From assembly GCA_030704615.1 (NCBI GenBank), contig CM060732.1:9114001-9178000 (forward strand): DNA of 64,000 nucleotides, read 5' to 3'. The notes under the pieces were generated by a model, which saw only the letters and a list, made by a program, of their open reading frames with translations, was not told the origin of the DNA and ran no database searches. The translations under genes were made by a program, and so were the position numbers. Source of the DNA: Takakia lepidozioides (lineage: Eukaryota; Plantae; Bryophyta). Below, in pieces: positions 40,601-51,417 of the stretch (position 1 is its first letter; every line of letters starts with the position of its first letter).

Positions 40601-42154
40601 GACAGAAGGTTTATTCGCCCTCCCACGGATTTGGGCGTTTCCGACACTCGTAAAACCTCGCCACCATTCCCACATGGCAGCGTGACTACTCTCTTGCGGC
40701 CATCTATGACCGCTCCGGATTTGCTCAAAAAGGTCATCCCTAAAATGAGATCCACTCCATCGATCTCGCAGATAGTGAAGTTCTCACGTCCCTCCCAACT
40801 CCCCAGTTGAAGAGGAACATCAAACGCCAACCTTGTCGCCAACTGAGGTTCTCCTTTGGCAGAGCGCACCTCGATAGAGGCCCCCACGTCACTTGTCGGG
40901 AGTCCCAACTTTCGCGCCGCCACCGGCGTCATGAATGAGTGTGACGCTCCTGTGTCCACCAACAACGACACGTTAGTTCCGGATATTATCCCATCCACGA
41001 ACAATAACTGGCTCCCTTTACGTAGGGCGCCAGTTTCCTGATACAACTCACAAGAATAGTTGCCTACCTTGCAAGTCCTGGCGACTACCGCTTCCACCAA
41101 GCGACTGATGGTATCTTCCGACAGCTCCGTGGTCGCCCGAGTCATGTTCAATTGCCGGGGCTTCGTGCACTTCTTGGCCATGTGCCCGGGCTCCCCGCAA
41201 TTGAAAACACACTCCATCAAAAGTCGCCTTCTGTCCGCCATAAGCCGCTCCACCCGCTTTTCCTTTCGAAGCACCGGGTGCCGCCTTGACGTGTGAAGGA
41301 CCTCCCTTCGATTTCCACGTGCCATTTTCGCCGCGTGGCCTATCCCACTTCTTTTCCGGTCGGGAGGAGTCACCTTCCCGCCGGGTCTTCTTGTGGTTCA
41401 GCTCCGTACGGCCTTGTCTCTCACCCTTAGGGACATCCGAGAAACATTCAGCTCTCTCAATTGCCTCGTTCAAAGTCTTGGGTGGCTTCTCCTCCAACTT
41501 CCGCCTAGCCCATGGGGCCAGTCCTGCCACAAAGTTGAAGACCATTTCTGGTTCTGCCATGTCCGCGACTTCGAGCAACAACACATTGAAAGCCTGGACA
41601 TACCCCCGAATGTCGTCTGTTTGCTTCAAATTCCTCATCTTGTCCCGGGCAAGCCAGGATGCGTTGAGGGGCACAAACTGTCTCTTCATCAATTCCTTGA
41701 ACCCACTCCAGTTCAAGGTTTCCGGGCTTGGGCCTCGGTCGTGAAGGCGTTTCTGCCACCATTGTTGAGCATAGCCCCTCAAATAGGTGGGAGCCACTTC
41801 CACCCGATCCTCGTCACTCAACTTGGCCGCCCGGAAGTACTGCTCTAGCTCCAGGAGCCAGGTGTTGAGTGCCTTCCGGTTTCGAACGCCCTCGAAGGTG
41901 CCGGGTTCCTTAGGCTTCACCTTAAACTTTGTCTTAGTGGAAGTGGCATTAGCCGCCTTCAACACGTCTTTCAATGTCCCGCCAAACTGCGCCAACAACC
42001 CTTCCCAAAAGGCTGTCGGCATGGGAGGCATCTCTTGGTTTGTCGGAGCTCTCAAGGATTCCTCGGGCTCCGACTCCTCGGATTCCTCCCGCTCCTGAGC
42101 GGCCTCGTTTTCGGAAACATTCATCGCTTCCTCAAACGGCCGCCTCGGTGACAC
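37668..42154 (-). CDS. Gag-Pol polyprotein (gag, CCHC knuckle, aspartic protease, RT, RNase H, integrase, chromodomain) with about 3 single-base frameshifts
   Basis: [16 protein letters not shown]; [14 protein letters not shown]; [10 protein letters not shown]; YIDDILVYS; HTDASD; [12 protein letters not shown]; [23 protein letters not shown]; YAGPF; chromodomain [30 protein letters not shown]. Confidence 0.93.
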
Positions 42155-42283
42155 GTCGCCCCCGTCGGGCTCACCGGATCATCATCTTTTGGGCCGCTCC
42201 GCTTTCGCTTCGGCTTGCCCGACCCCATGGTGAGGCCAATCCCAAGGACGATCGCGTACTGAACTCTAAGCTCTGATACCAAG

Positions 42284-43008
42284 TGTCGCGCACCTCACTT
42301 CGGTAAACTCCCCTTCAAGTCATAGTTACTCGCTTTGATGCGCGCGCCTGACTCCCAACCTGGCCGCCGGGCCAACTTGGAGTTTCGGCTGCTCACCGGG
42401 ACATAACGGTCCCCTTCCGCTTCCCTCTAAACCCTCCACCTATTTGGGACTAGGAGAATTCCCTTTGGTAGATGGCAGTCCGGAACAGCTCCCCACTCTT
42501 TGGTCGCTTTCCGGCTCGCTCGCTTACTCACTAGTTTTTGGTCACCAACGGGCTTGCACCGTTCTCGGGGTTACTACTCCCTATATATACTTCTGTAGCT
42601 GTCCGCGGGGGTTCCACAACCAGCCATGCCATTTATGGCGAACCACCACGAAAACCCTCGACTCCTGGTGGTGAGTCGCGGTGAGTCTTGGCCCGCTCAC
42701 CACGGCCCCTATGGACCGTGATGAGTCCCAAGACTCCCACGACTCCCACCACGAGGTCTCCGCCCCCATGGTGAGTCCTATGCCACCCCCACTAAGTCCC
42801 ACTAAGCTACCACCACCCCTTGTGGAGCCACCCCCACCGCAACCCGGTGTGCGGGGCTCCACCTAGTGAGCGCCTCCGCTTCCCTGAGTGCCTTGGGCAC
42901 TCAAGGGTGGCTCAGCCCCCCCATACCTATCGCTGCTGCTGCCCCCACCACAGGGGCAGCCCCTCATGTGTCCCGACCCCCCTGCCCTCAAGGCAAAGGG
43001 CCGCGACA
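42284..43008 (-). repeat. 5' LTR (725 bp)
   Basis: Followed on the minus strand by the tRNA-iMet PBS; flanked by the TSD. Confidence 0.97.
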
Positions 43009-46000
43009 GGAGTTCTGTTACTAATCGACCACTGTTCAATGTCATGCTGGTCTGTACTGCGGGGGAACAATTTTGGGATCCGTTGACACAAGCGGGGAGA
43101 GAAAAGATGCACGTTATTAAGCAAGGTTGTTGACGAGTTTCATCGATACAATTGGAGCTGATAAAATTGTCCAAGTGTGCACGGACAATGCATCTAACAT
43201 GGTTAATATGGCCAATATTTTGATGGTACGATATCCTCATCTATATTACCAAGGGTGTGCTGCTCATATCTTTGATCTCCTTTTGGAGGATTGGGGAAAA
43301 AATCATGGATGAAACAGCTAGTAAAAATGACAAAGTCGGTTGTGACGTTCATCCGTACACATCACATCCCTCTGGCATTGTTTAGAAAGCATGAACCCAA
43401 ATACAGCCTTAGGAGCCCGGGTGAAACCCGTGTCAAGTTATTTTACCACTAGTGTGAAGTTAGCTAGGAGATAGCTAACTTTCATATATTGACATTTGGG
43501 ATTGACCCAAGTGTCAATCCAGGGGCCAATACATGTTTGGGCACTTGGCGTTGTTATCTTCACGGCAGATCGCGGTGGGCTCATCTTTCTCGAGTTGAGC
43601 CTCACCGCGTCTAGCTATGGCGCCGTAGTGTGGATTCCCCATGGCGTGGGGTGCACTTGGCTCGACTTAATATATGAGTGATGCTTTCATGTGCAAGTAT
43701 GTGAGTTCAAGAGAGCTTGTGTGCTTGTATCATTTCTTTCCTTATCACTCGAGAAAAATGAGCTCGAGTCTGTGAGTGCCAGGTTCAAGTTGTTTTGTAG
43801 TACTTGTGTTTTCATGAGAAGCGGTTCAGCCTAGAGTGCAGGGATCCGTGCATGAGCCTATCCACAGTGGATAGAGTGCAAAGGCGAACAGATTGCATGT
43901 TTACAATGGATAGAGAGGCGGGTAGTCTATGTTGAAGAGCGGCGTTGCATAGCTCAACGCAATGGCAACCAAGTTTGGGCTTCTAGTGTGAAGCGGAGGA
44001 GATGCTGGCCACGAGTGGGCGAACTGGTGGTCGTCTTCTTCAGTTGCAGGCCGAGTTAAGGAGCTGCAGGAATGTAAGTTGCGCATGGGAAGCTAGCATG
44101 TTGCAGGTTGGAGATGATATAATCAGCTCCAGGTATTTCTGTCCAAAACTAGTTGTTGCGGGTAGATGAGGAGCAGCTGAATGGTGGAGCTGCGAGGGGA
44201 TGCATCGCAGCCCGTTGGGAGCTTCAGCTCCAAGCTCATGAAGAGGTATGAGTGAAGAGAGGGGGCTGGTCCCTCTTGTGTGCAAATCAGAGCACTTGTG
44301 AAGCATGTGCTGAGTTGGAGTTTCAATCTGAAACTCAGTAGTGTAAGGGCTCTTGGAGTGGCAAGAGCGGGGCTGGAAGGACAGCAACGAGGCGCCCTAG
44401 AGCCAAGGGAGATGCATGAGAAGTGCAGGTGCACCAAGTTTGTAAAGGTGTGTATTTTCAGATTTGTTTTTGTGAGCTTCATGAAGAAAAGAGAGCTTGT
44501 TGGGCAGCATATAGCTTGCTTGTTGAGTTGGAGGCACTTCTAGTGGGCTGTGAGAGCTCAGGAGTGCAGGGCAACGGGGCTGATGGCTCCGCAAAAGCCA
44601 TAGCTCGTCAACAGCAGGTGCTGGAGCAAACCCCAGCTCGGGAAGAGCTCGGGAACGCGTGGGAACGCCCGGGAACTCATAGGAACTCGTTGGGAGTTCC
44701 AGGGAACGCAGGGAATAGTGGCCATGATGGGCCGTTGGGGCGGTATCACGAGATACCACGAGCCCAGGTCGTGGTGGTTGACCGTGACCGTTGGAAGTCG
44801 TGGTGCGGACACAACGGATAGGCACGGTGACCAGATCGTGGGGATGGCGAGCCGTGAAGGCTCGTGGGAATGGTACCATGGGGTATCAATGGGCAGCCCG
44901 TGGCCAACGAGTGCCTAGGGCGGGCCGTGAGGAGTAGTGGCGGTTGGAGCCACGGAAGGCCGCGAACAGGCAGAGTAAAAAAAAAAATTAAAAAAAAAAA
45001 AAAAAAAAAACTTTTTTCACTCGTTTCGTGGGACCTTGATGGGAGGCTGGGCTTTGAAGAACAACGGTTTTGAGCTAGCTGATCCGGCAGAAAAGTCGGA
45101 ATTGCCTCCCTGTTGCATTTTAACAAAGGGGATTACTCCCCTGCAGGTAATCTTTTCTGGTTTTCAGCCCAGTCCTTAATTATGGGGGAGACCAGCCTGC
45201 AGGTAATTCCTTTGGACAGAATGTTGTTGGGGCCTATATGTACCTCTATTTGCTCCATTTTTGAACCTTCAGCGAATGGTGTGGTTTCCTGAGGTGGTTC
45301 CATTCGGAGGAATGGCTGGTGGACGTAAGGAGGCACTGGCGTACCTTGTGGAGGGTTGCATGGGGCCTTGGAGGCCAAGTTTCATGAGCTCGTGGAGGGC
45401 GGTTTGAGAAGTGTCTATAGGATGTTCTCATGGTCATGCAAGTAAGAGAAGAGAGAGAAAAAAAAAAAAGGTGTTGGGATGAGAGTGAGCTGGGGATAGG
45501 CATTGCTTTAGTTTTCTCTTCCTCGTAGCTTTCCACCTTCTCTGTAGGCCGAGACCTTTCCGTAGGTGGAGGCAAGAGTCAGTCCGGGTTTGGGCTGGGT
45601 TGCAGGAGCGACACTGTGGAGTTGTTTTTGGTGTGGGGGAGTTGTTGTTTTCATTCTTGTGTTTGGATCCCCTCCACACCTGCATGCTTGATTGTGCGTC
45701 ATGCTAGTTTTGTGTGGGCGCTTGATTTTATAGGTGGTGGACTCAGGCTTGATCGCCAATCCCACCCTAGAGCATGTTGTCGATGGTGAGGCTGGGTTGA
45801 TGACTAGTCAGACCATCTTTGTTTCTCCTGTGGTGAGGTTGGAGGTGATGACCAGCCAACCATAGGAGTGCCTGCGGTGGATGCAGGTGCAGGTGCAGGC
45901 TATGTTAGGAACCTAGTATTCCAAACCATAAGCCGCATCAGGTTCTCTACTCGGTTACCTTGTGGAGAGGGGGTTAGAGACAGGTTCATGACCGGTTGGG

Positions 46001-46210
46001 TGTTAGTTTGTCAACACGGAGGTGCCACTAGTTGCTGGGGAAAGTACCGGTACAAACACTAGCGATACTAGCGGGTATACGAGACGGGGTGTGCGGTTTA
46101 GGCCACCTTCACCTCCTGTGTCTTCTACGGAAGGTTCTGATTCGGATTGTGAATCAGGAGGACTCACACCGGCGGTGCAAGTTGTTTCCTTACCATTGTT
46201 GTAGGACACA

Positions 46211-48100
46211 ATGGAGGAGATGTATGGAGCCACCAAGGGGCCACGAAGGTACTCTGGGGCGGTGGGCACCATCGAGTTGGATGACTTTATCCAAGAGTTT
46301 GATAGTTGGTGTGACTTGCAGCAAATGCGCAATCCACAACTGTTTACGTCTTTTATGGCATTGAAGGGGTTGTTTCAGCACCTTGAGGGACCGCCCATGG
46401 ATGATTACCATGAGTTTAGGCGGGGGCACGATGTTAAGATCGAGGAGTGGAGGATGTACTGGTCACCCGACTACGTCTCCATCACTAGAGGCACTAGAGG
46501 CACAAGGGCAACAGCCACACCGGCAGCTGCATCAGCAGCAGCAGCTACAACAGCAGCTTCCACGAGTAGTAGTGAGACTAGTGGTACAGCAACTACGACG
46601 TCCACCCAAGCTACTGTTGCACCAGCACCAGTGGCGGTGCCTGCCTTCAACCCTGTTGTGGAGTTCTTCGAAGAGTTGAGAAGGAACTACCAAGGGGTAA
46701 GGACAGAGAAGTTGAAGAGCTTACAAGAGTTCCAACGGAAGCCTACTGAGAGCTTGATGGAGGCTTTCACTCGCATGAGGCGCTTGATAAATGTAACCCA
46801 AGGGGTTACGGAGGTTCAGGTAGTCCAATTCTAGTATGGGATATTGGACAAGGAGCTGAGGAGAAGGGTGCGGGATGCAATTCTCCTACAAGCGGCCCAA
46901 CCTACCTTAGCAAATGTGTTTTTGCTGGCAGAGCGGATAGAGCTCAACATGGTGGAGGAACGAGTGGTCATGGTGGGATTTGCTAAGGAGGCACCACGGG
47001 GTAGTGGTGCTCCTAGCCAGCCACTACCTCAACGTGCTCAAGGCAGCAAGGGAGCTCAAGTGAAGCTCAGGGAAGGGCAGAAAGGACCTCAGATGCAGGG
47101 GTCTCTCCCTTCATTTGCTGGCCAACAACGGGCGGATGTGGTGTGCTGGACATGTGGAGGACCCCATGTCAAGAAGGATTGCCCGGAGGGAGGCAATGGT
47201 TTGGCACCGGCACAGCCTGCACAGTTGTAGTATGGCCATTGTGGCAAGTACGGGCATGGAGAAGCCCAGTGCTATGGTTTGCACCCTAAGTTGCGCCCAG
47301 GCCAGTTCCAAATGAACAATGGTGGCCGGGGGCGAGGTGGAGCAGCCCAAAGAGGACGAGGTGGCCAGGCACGAGGTGCAGGCCAAGGGCAAGCTCAACA
47401 TGGCCAAGGACATGGAGGTCAGGGTGGTGCCCAAGGCATGGCCAACCGGCTTCAGCAGCTAGAGCAAAGGTTCGCTGCCATGGCCACAGCTCAGGTGGTA
47501 CCGGTTCCAAGGCCGGATGGTCCACCTCCTGCTCCTGAAGGAGTAGACATGGGAGGCATGGGATTCATGTGCGGGGCAGAACTACCACTAGTGAGGGGTA
47601 CCACTACCACTACCACTATGGGTGGGGCACCACTACCACTAGTGAGGGGTGCCACTACCACTACCACTGTGGGCGGGGCACCACTACCACTAGTGTCAGG
47701 CAGCACTACCACTACCACTATGTGCGGGGCAGGACTACCACTAGTGCAAATGGAGTCAGCTGTGGTAGTGACTCGAGGAGCAACACGAGTTCCTGAGCCA
47801 CGGGGTGCGGAGGTGGAGTTGAATCCACAGCGTGGGGAGGCAAGCCGTCAGGCCAGGCTTCCTCAGTCATTCACATTGGCGGAGACAGTGTCGACGCCGT
47901 CCATGGCACCTAGTTCTCGCCCGACTGTTACCGAGGCGGAGGTTACTATGCCATTGGGGAGAGCCACACGGGCAGCACCACTATCTAGTGTTGCCGAGGT
48001 TACGGCAGCTAGTGTGCTGTTGGGGTGGCCTCATCTATGTGCCAGGCTCCATTGTTCTCAGCTACCATGATTGCGACGCCAAGGGTAAGACCAGCTGAGG
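46211..48100 (+). pseudogene. Gag-like region with two CCHC zinc knuckles, a Gly/Gln-rich tract and about 51-bp Thr-rich repeats
   Basis: LDDFIQEFDSWCD...LQEFQRKPTESLMEAFTRMRRLI; CWTCGGPHVKKDC; second knuckle *YGHCGKYGHGEAQC; in-frame TAG stops at 46832 and 47228. Confidence 0.75.
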
Positions 48101-48329
48101 TGTTCAGGCTGGCAGCTACACTCTGTGAGAGTGGGGAGGTTACTTCATCTTCTGCGGAGATAGTGGGAGGTGTAGTGCCGGAGGGATCCTCGGATTTAAG
48201 GGTCAAGACTACCACGGCGGCGCCATGGCAAGCTGCAGTTGCCAGGTTGATGGAGCTGCTAGCTAGGCCAGCCATTGAGCGCGCCATGGTGACACCTAGA
48301 GTTGTCATGTTAGACAACCAGGATGACAT

Positions 48330-48640
48330 TTGCTGTTTGAGTGGACCGGCAGGCAAGAGGTACCGGCCACTGCGAGTCTTGTTGGACTCGGGAGCTCAGC
48401 CATTGATGTTGGGCAGAGCTGCTATTGCAAGCTTGGGCCTCACGGAGGCGGATATGGAGCCGTGCCCTTTCCAGATACAGACATCTCTGGGAGGATCAGA
48501 GCAGGCTCGGGGCATGACACGGCGTGAGTTGGCTATCCGGCTTCACCCTGGATTTTTGGGAGGAGTCAGCTTCCTATAGGCCTGGATGGCAGTCAGGGGA
48601 GGGTCGGCGTGTGCAACTCCCTGTGACGTTCATAGGAGGA
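48330..48640 (+). pseudogene. Retropepsin aspartic protease remnant
   Basis: RVLLDSGAQPLMLG catalytic DSG motif; deletion/frameshift near 48530. Confidence 0.8.
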
Positions 48641-48988
48641 GTTGCGGTTGCCCAGCAAGGCAAGATGCCAACACTGGCAGCATTCACAGCTGTAGTGACT
48701 TGGCCTGAAGAGTTATTGGATGGCAACACTCATTCAGAGGATGTGTCACCTCCGGGAGAGCAAGATGACATGTATGGTATGGCGGAGTTGCCTGCCATGG
48801 TTGCTCACACTCCATTGTGGGGCTCGAGCAAGGATTTGCAGCGGGTTGCTGATTGTCGTGTGCAACAAGCCTGGGTAGAGGCTTTTGTACCATCAGGAGA
48901 GGAGGACAGTGCGGGGATTGCACCAGGACCACCTCAGTTGTCACCATTGGACACCACACCGATCATGTGGCAGTGTCCGGATGAAGAC

Positions 48989-49207
48989 ATTTGTCTTCTG
49001 GACTTGTTTGGCGGGATCAGTACCGGGTTGGCTGCTGTTTTATAGACAGGTGTACGAGTACGGCGTTACTTGTATGTGGAGAGGGATGCTCAGTTGCAGC
49101 AGTTAGTGGAGCCTAATGCCGACGAGCGAGAACGGGCTATGGGTTTTTCCACTGGGACCACGGCGGTGCCTTCTCTTTCTAAGGCATCACGTCGTCAGGT
49201 GTTGGGA
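48989..49207 (+). pseudogene. C5-cytosine DNA methyltransferase (DNMT3/DRM-like) remnant inside pol
   Basis: Motifs I-II ICLLDLFGGISTGLAAVL*TGVRVRRYLYVERD, directly followed by motifs IX-X EPNADERERAMGFSTGTTAVPSLSKASRRQVLG. Central catalytic part deleted. Confidence 0.8.
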
Positions 49208-49699
49208 TTATCAGCTTGGCTATGGCTGAGCAACGTAGAGTGCGGAGTGCACTTCCCTTGACGGTCTCTCTGCCTATCGAGATGGTACAGGCAGTGAGTG
49301 GGGGCGAGCCGGTAAGGACCACGGGGTGTAGACATCCATGGCACACGTGGGAGGTGCTCGAGGTTCAGAGGGAGTTGGCAGCCAAGGCGGCTGTGATGGA
49401 TGAGGTTGGGGATTCTTCTTGGGTTGAGGAGGTCCTCAATGATGAGATGATGGGGCAGGATGAGGCCTTGTCATTGACTGAGCAGGCAAGGAGTACTGCT
49501 CAAGAGGTTATGGCATAGCAACCACGGGACGCGTCCTCTACCTCTAAGTCTGCTGGACTTAAGGTTGCAGTTACGAAGGGCAATTGGGAGCCTGACATTG
49601 GACCCATTGTCACTAGAGGAGAGAGATGACGTATACGGCCGTTCTTGAGGCTTACAGGAATTGCTTTGCCTCTCGTGCTACGGTGGAGGAGCATGAGAG

Positions 49700-51417
49700 A
49701 CATGTTCAGGTTGTGCATCGACCGGGTTTGGTCAATAGGGATGTGGATGGATTGAGTTGCAATCCATGCACGAGCCAGCAGGATGACATTGGAGCTCGGT
49801 GGCATGGTGAGACGGACGAGAAGATGGTGCCAGGATGGCATGCATCTGCCTTTTTGTGTATCTTGGCATCGGGAGGCCAGGTTGGACCTACAACAGGGAT
49901 GACTGTAGACAGAGTGTCTGAGGACCCTGAGACTAGTGATGAGCCAGCTGGTGCCAGAGATATACATGAGGATTCGGTTGTGTTGGACTACCTCTGCACT
50001 GGAGACACGACAGCTAGTGTGACTGCCAAGGAAAGGGATCAGATCCTGCAACGAGCCAAGAGGTTCAAGTGGGAGGGGATACACCTACTTCGAGTGTGGG
50101 AGGATGGTCGGGTGAGGATTGTGCCTCACCCAACACAGCGTGCACGGTTAGTGCGGCATGCCCATGAGGAGTTGGGGCATTTTGGAGTGCGACGCATTCA
50201 TAGTTTACTGCAGGGGCAATATTGTGGCGTGGTATGCACAGAGAGGTGCAACAGTTCGTGGCTAGGTGCATGGTATGTGACAGGGTGCGTGCTTCATTCA
50301 ACGCCCCTACACCATAGTTGCATCCATTACCCATCATGGGATTGGGCTACAGGTGGAGTTTTGACTTCGCAGGGCCGTTGCCACTGACGATGCGCCACCA
50401 CAGATATGTGTTGGTGATGGTGGAGCACTTCTCCAAGTGGATTGAGTTGGTTCCATTGCCTGACAAGGCTAGTGAGGGGGCTGCGTATGCATTCCTGGAT
50501 CGTGTGCTTAGCCGATTCAGTGCTCCAGCTGAGGTACTCACGGACCAAGGGAGAGAGTTCTTGGGGGGAGTTTCAGACTTTGTGTGATAAAGCCTTGATA
50601 GACCACCGTACCACTTCTCGGGATCATCCTGAGGCCGATGGCTTGGCAGAGAGAGTGGTGCAGACAGTAAAGAGGGGTTTGCGCAAGTATGGCTTGCAAA
50701 AGGGACACCTAGGAGATTGGGATCTTCAGGTACATTGGTTAGTCATGGGCTACAGGTTCAGCAAGCAAGCATCACTTGCCTCCTTCTCACCATATTTCCT
50801 TCTCTTTGGCCAAGAGCCGGATTTTCCTGCATCTATTCGCAAGGAGGCTGCAGTAGTCCTCAACCTTGATAATCCGGATGTGTGGACACAAGCATGTGCC
50901 CAGCGGGCAGAGTTGTTCAAGAGAGTCATGCCTATGGCTTTTGGGAATCTTGCTATTGCCCAACACCGAGACACATTGAGGTATGTCACTATACGTGGAG
51001 GGGGATATCGGCCAGATGTTCGGCGTTTCCACCCTGGGGACTATGTGTATCTGCAGCAGACAACGCCTACGACCTTGGATGTCACAGCAGGACGTGTGAT
51101 TCTAAGGGTCAGGGAAGTGTTGCCTTCAGGAGTGTTAATTCTGGAGGGTCGAGATGGCATGGTATGGAAGGACCATGTGCATAATTGTGCGCTATGTCAC
51201 CTTCTACATGTGGATGGGAGGATAGATCCCAACCTTGCAGAGGTACCTGCAGGATTGCGTTGCATGCTATGTGGGCATGCTATGTGGGCATGCTCGTGGT
51301 GCCGCCACTATGCTGGTGTGTGATCGATGCTCAAGAGGGTGGCACATGGGATGCTTGACACCACTTCTTGATAGGGTTCCTGATGGAGATTGGTTATGTC
51401 CACACTACTTGGGATAG
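49700..51417 (+). pseudogene. RNase H tail, DDE integrase and C-terminal PHD finger (frameshifted)
   Basis: VVHRPGLVNRDVDGLS; HEELGHFG..CMVC; WSFDFAGP..VEHFSKW..TDQGREF..ADGLAERVVQTVK; CMLCG..MLVCDRCSRGWHMGCLTPLLDRVPDGDWLCPH. Confidence 0.9.

Larger units (their letters stand above)
36037..43008 (-). mobile_element. Full-length Ty3/gypsy chromovirus, Galadriel-like
   Basis: TG...CA LTRs at 36037-36763 and 42284-43008; TSD GGAGT at 36032-36036 and 43009-43013; PBS TGGTATCAGAGC (tRNA-iMet) at 42270-42281; gag-PR-RT-RH-IN-chromodomain order. Galadriel-type motifs HEKEM.AVVHCL..WRHY and LSPKQ.RWQD. Confidence 0.95.

Noticed and set aside
37767-42276. Many plus-strand ORFs over the chromovirus, and similar antisense ORFs over the MULE transposase (56642-59710)
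   Set aside because: Antisense shadows of GC-rich coding sequence with no recognisable motifs.
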